A stretch of DNA of 62,997 nucleotides, the filler included, from Octopus bimaculoides (Eukaryota): the NCBI RefSeq assembly GCF_001194135.2. It is 6 parts of 6 records of this genome, joined end to end, with 100 filler letters (N's around TTAATTAATTAA, not from the genome) between each part and the next. Parts side by side here need not be neighbours in the genome. Positions count along the whole stretch, not along the records: positions 61,038 to 62,997 come from NW_026333673.1; 5 more parts are not named here. One strand, 5' to 3'. The position numbers and the translations under genes are program-made. Positions within the stretch are counted from its first letter, which is position 1. The number at the start of each line of letters is the position of its first letter. Positions 61,574 to 62,997 of the stretch are shown here, piece by piece. A model generated the notes under the pieces. The model was not told the origin of the DNA, ran no database searches, and saw only the letters and a list, made by a program, of their open reading frames with translations.

Positions 61574-62574
61574 NNNNNNNNNNNNNNNNNNNNNNNNNNN
61601 NNNNNNNNNNNNNNNNNNNNNNNNNNNNNNNNNNNNNNNNNNNNNNNNNNNNNNNNNNNNNNNNNNNNNNNNNNNNNNNNNNNNNNNNNNNNNNNNNNNN
61701 NNNNNNNNNNNNNNNNNNNNNNNNNNNNNNNNNNNNNNNNNNNNNNNNNNNNNNNNNNNNNNNNNNNNNNNNNNNNNNNNNNNNNNNNNNNNNNNNNNNN
61801 NNNNNNNNNNNNNNNNNNNNNNNNNNNNNNNNNNNNNNNNNNNNNNNNNNNNNNNNNNNNNNNNNNNNNNNNNNNNNNNNNNNNNNNNNNNNNNNNNNNN
61901 NNNNNNNNNNNNNNNNNNNNNNNNNNNNNNNNNNNNNNNNNNNNNNNNNNNNNNNNNNNNNNNNNNNNNNNNNNNNNNNNNNNNNNNNNNNNNNNNNNNN
62001 NNNNNNNNNNNNNNNNNNNNNNNNNNNNNNNNNNNNNNNNNNNNNNNNNNNNNNNNNNNNNNNNNNNNNNNNNNNNNNNNNNNNNNNNNNNNNNNNNNNN
62101 NNNNNNNNNNNNNNNNNNNNNNNNNNNNNNNNNNNNNNNNNNNNNNNNNNNNNNNNNNNNNNNNNNNNNNNNNNNNNNNNNNNNNNNNNNNNNNNNNNNN
62201 NNNNNNNNNNNNNNNNNNNNNNNNNNNNNNNNNNNNNNNNNNNNNNNNNNNNNNNNNNNNNNNNNNNNNNNNNNNNNNNNNNNNNNNNNNNNNNNNNNNN
62301 NNNNNNNNNNNNNNNNNNNNNNNNNNNNNNNNNNNNNNNNNNNNNNNNNNNNNNNNNNNNNNNNNNNNNNNNNNNNNNNNNNNNNNNNNNNNNNNNNNNN
62401 NNNNNNNNNNNNNNNNNNNNNNNNNNNNNNNNNNNNNNNNNNNNNNNNNNNNNNNNNNNNNNNNNNNNTGTATATATATGGCCGCAGTTCAAACACTGAA
62501 ATAAGTAAAAGATGAAGCGAGGAAAAGATAAATAAATAACGAAACTAAAAATATAAATAACACAATGAAATAAC

Positions 62575-62580
62575 AAAAAA
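62575..62580 (-). terminator. Pol III terminator (T6)
   Basis: T6 run 8 nt downstream of the tRNA 3' end. Confidence 0.8.
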
Positions 62581-62587
62581 TATTGTG

Positions 62588-62659
62588 TTCCCATGCCGGG
62601 AATCGAACCCGGGCCGCCTGGGTGAAAGCCAGGAATCCTGACCACTAGACCACATGGGA
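62588..62659 (-). tRNA. tRNA-Glu-TTC: tRNA-Glu (anticodon TTC)
   Basis: TCCCATG..CATGGGA acceptor stem, CCTGG-CTTTCAC-CCAGG anticodon arm, GGTTCGATTCC T-loop, 72 nt, no intron. Confidence 0.97.
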
Positions 62660-62689
62660 TAACACTTAATTCCAATCTAAAATATAACG

Positions 62690-62697
62690 TATTTATA
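62690..62697 (-). promoter_or_regulatory. TATA-like element upstream of tRNA-Glu
   Basis: TATAAATA at -31 to -38; the region is AT-rich, so it could be chance. Confidence 0.3.
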
Positions 62698-62997
62698 TTG
62701 CAAGCATTTCGCGATTAATCAATATTCTGTTTATATTTGTCAATCAATTATATGCCAGCGAAATACGATCGTAATTTGACAATATGCGCTCTTTACCACT
62801 TACTCTAACGTTTACATAATGCCTACATCGTCTATAAATATCACGCTCTTATATATATCATATATATATTTATATATTCGTAATATATGCATATAAACAT
62901 CTATATAAATGTTTATGAATGAAAGTGTACATATGTGTGTGTGCGTATATCTGTCTATCTATCTATCTATCTCTGTCTATTTATATCTCTCTCTCTC

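Noticed and set aside
914-62675. Long ORFs in the track (for example 34072-35766, 54883-55875, 61365-62675) and poly-IY/TH/CV/I/L ORFs
   Set aside because: They are open only because they run through N gaps or stop-free microsatellites.

Overview
Repeat-saturated, gap-rich animal genomic DNA. By inference it comes from an octopod or other coleoid cephalopod: very dense (CA)/(TA)/(TAA)/(TACA)/(GATA) microsatellites, SINE families resembling Octopus tRNA-derived SINEs, and TTAGGG repeats. It is a scaffolded assembly: five identical 100-bp joins (44N-TTAATTAATTAA-44N) split it into six pieces whose adjacency is not guaranteed. Host genes I can support: (1) a three-exon, frame-consistent 256-aa secreted PAN/apple + C-type lectin gene (15158-26155, +); (2) an orphan terminal exon with prohormone-like cleavage sites (39636-39973, +); (3) an intact tRNA-Glu(TTC) (62588-62659, -). 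The rest is decayed mobile DNA: many Penelope-like elements (PLEs), R4/Dong-type RLE LINE pieces, an L1/Tx1-like ORF1, Ty3/Gypsy and BEL/Pao-like LTR pieces, mariner and Tc1 fossils, hAT/Merlin-like/foldback MITEs, Helitron/Helentron derivatives and SINEs. The most striking unannotated signal is a set of minimal type-I hammerhead ribozyme motifs with palindromic stem III. Several sit at or near the boundaries of inverted-repeat arms, and one has a compensatory G3-C8 core. No CRISPR, rRNA or prokaryotic features were seen. All calls come from reading the sequence by eye; no searches were run, and boundaries of decayed repeats are approximate.
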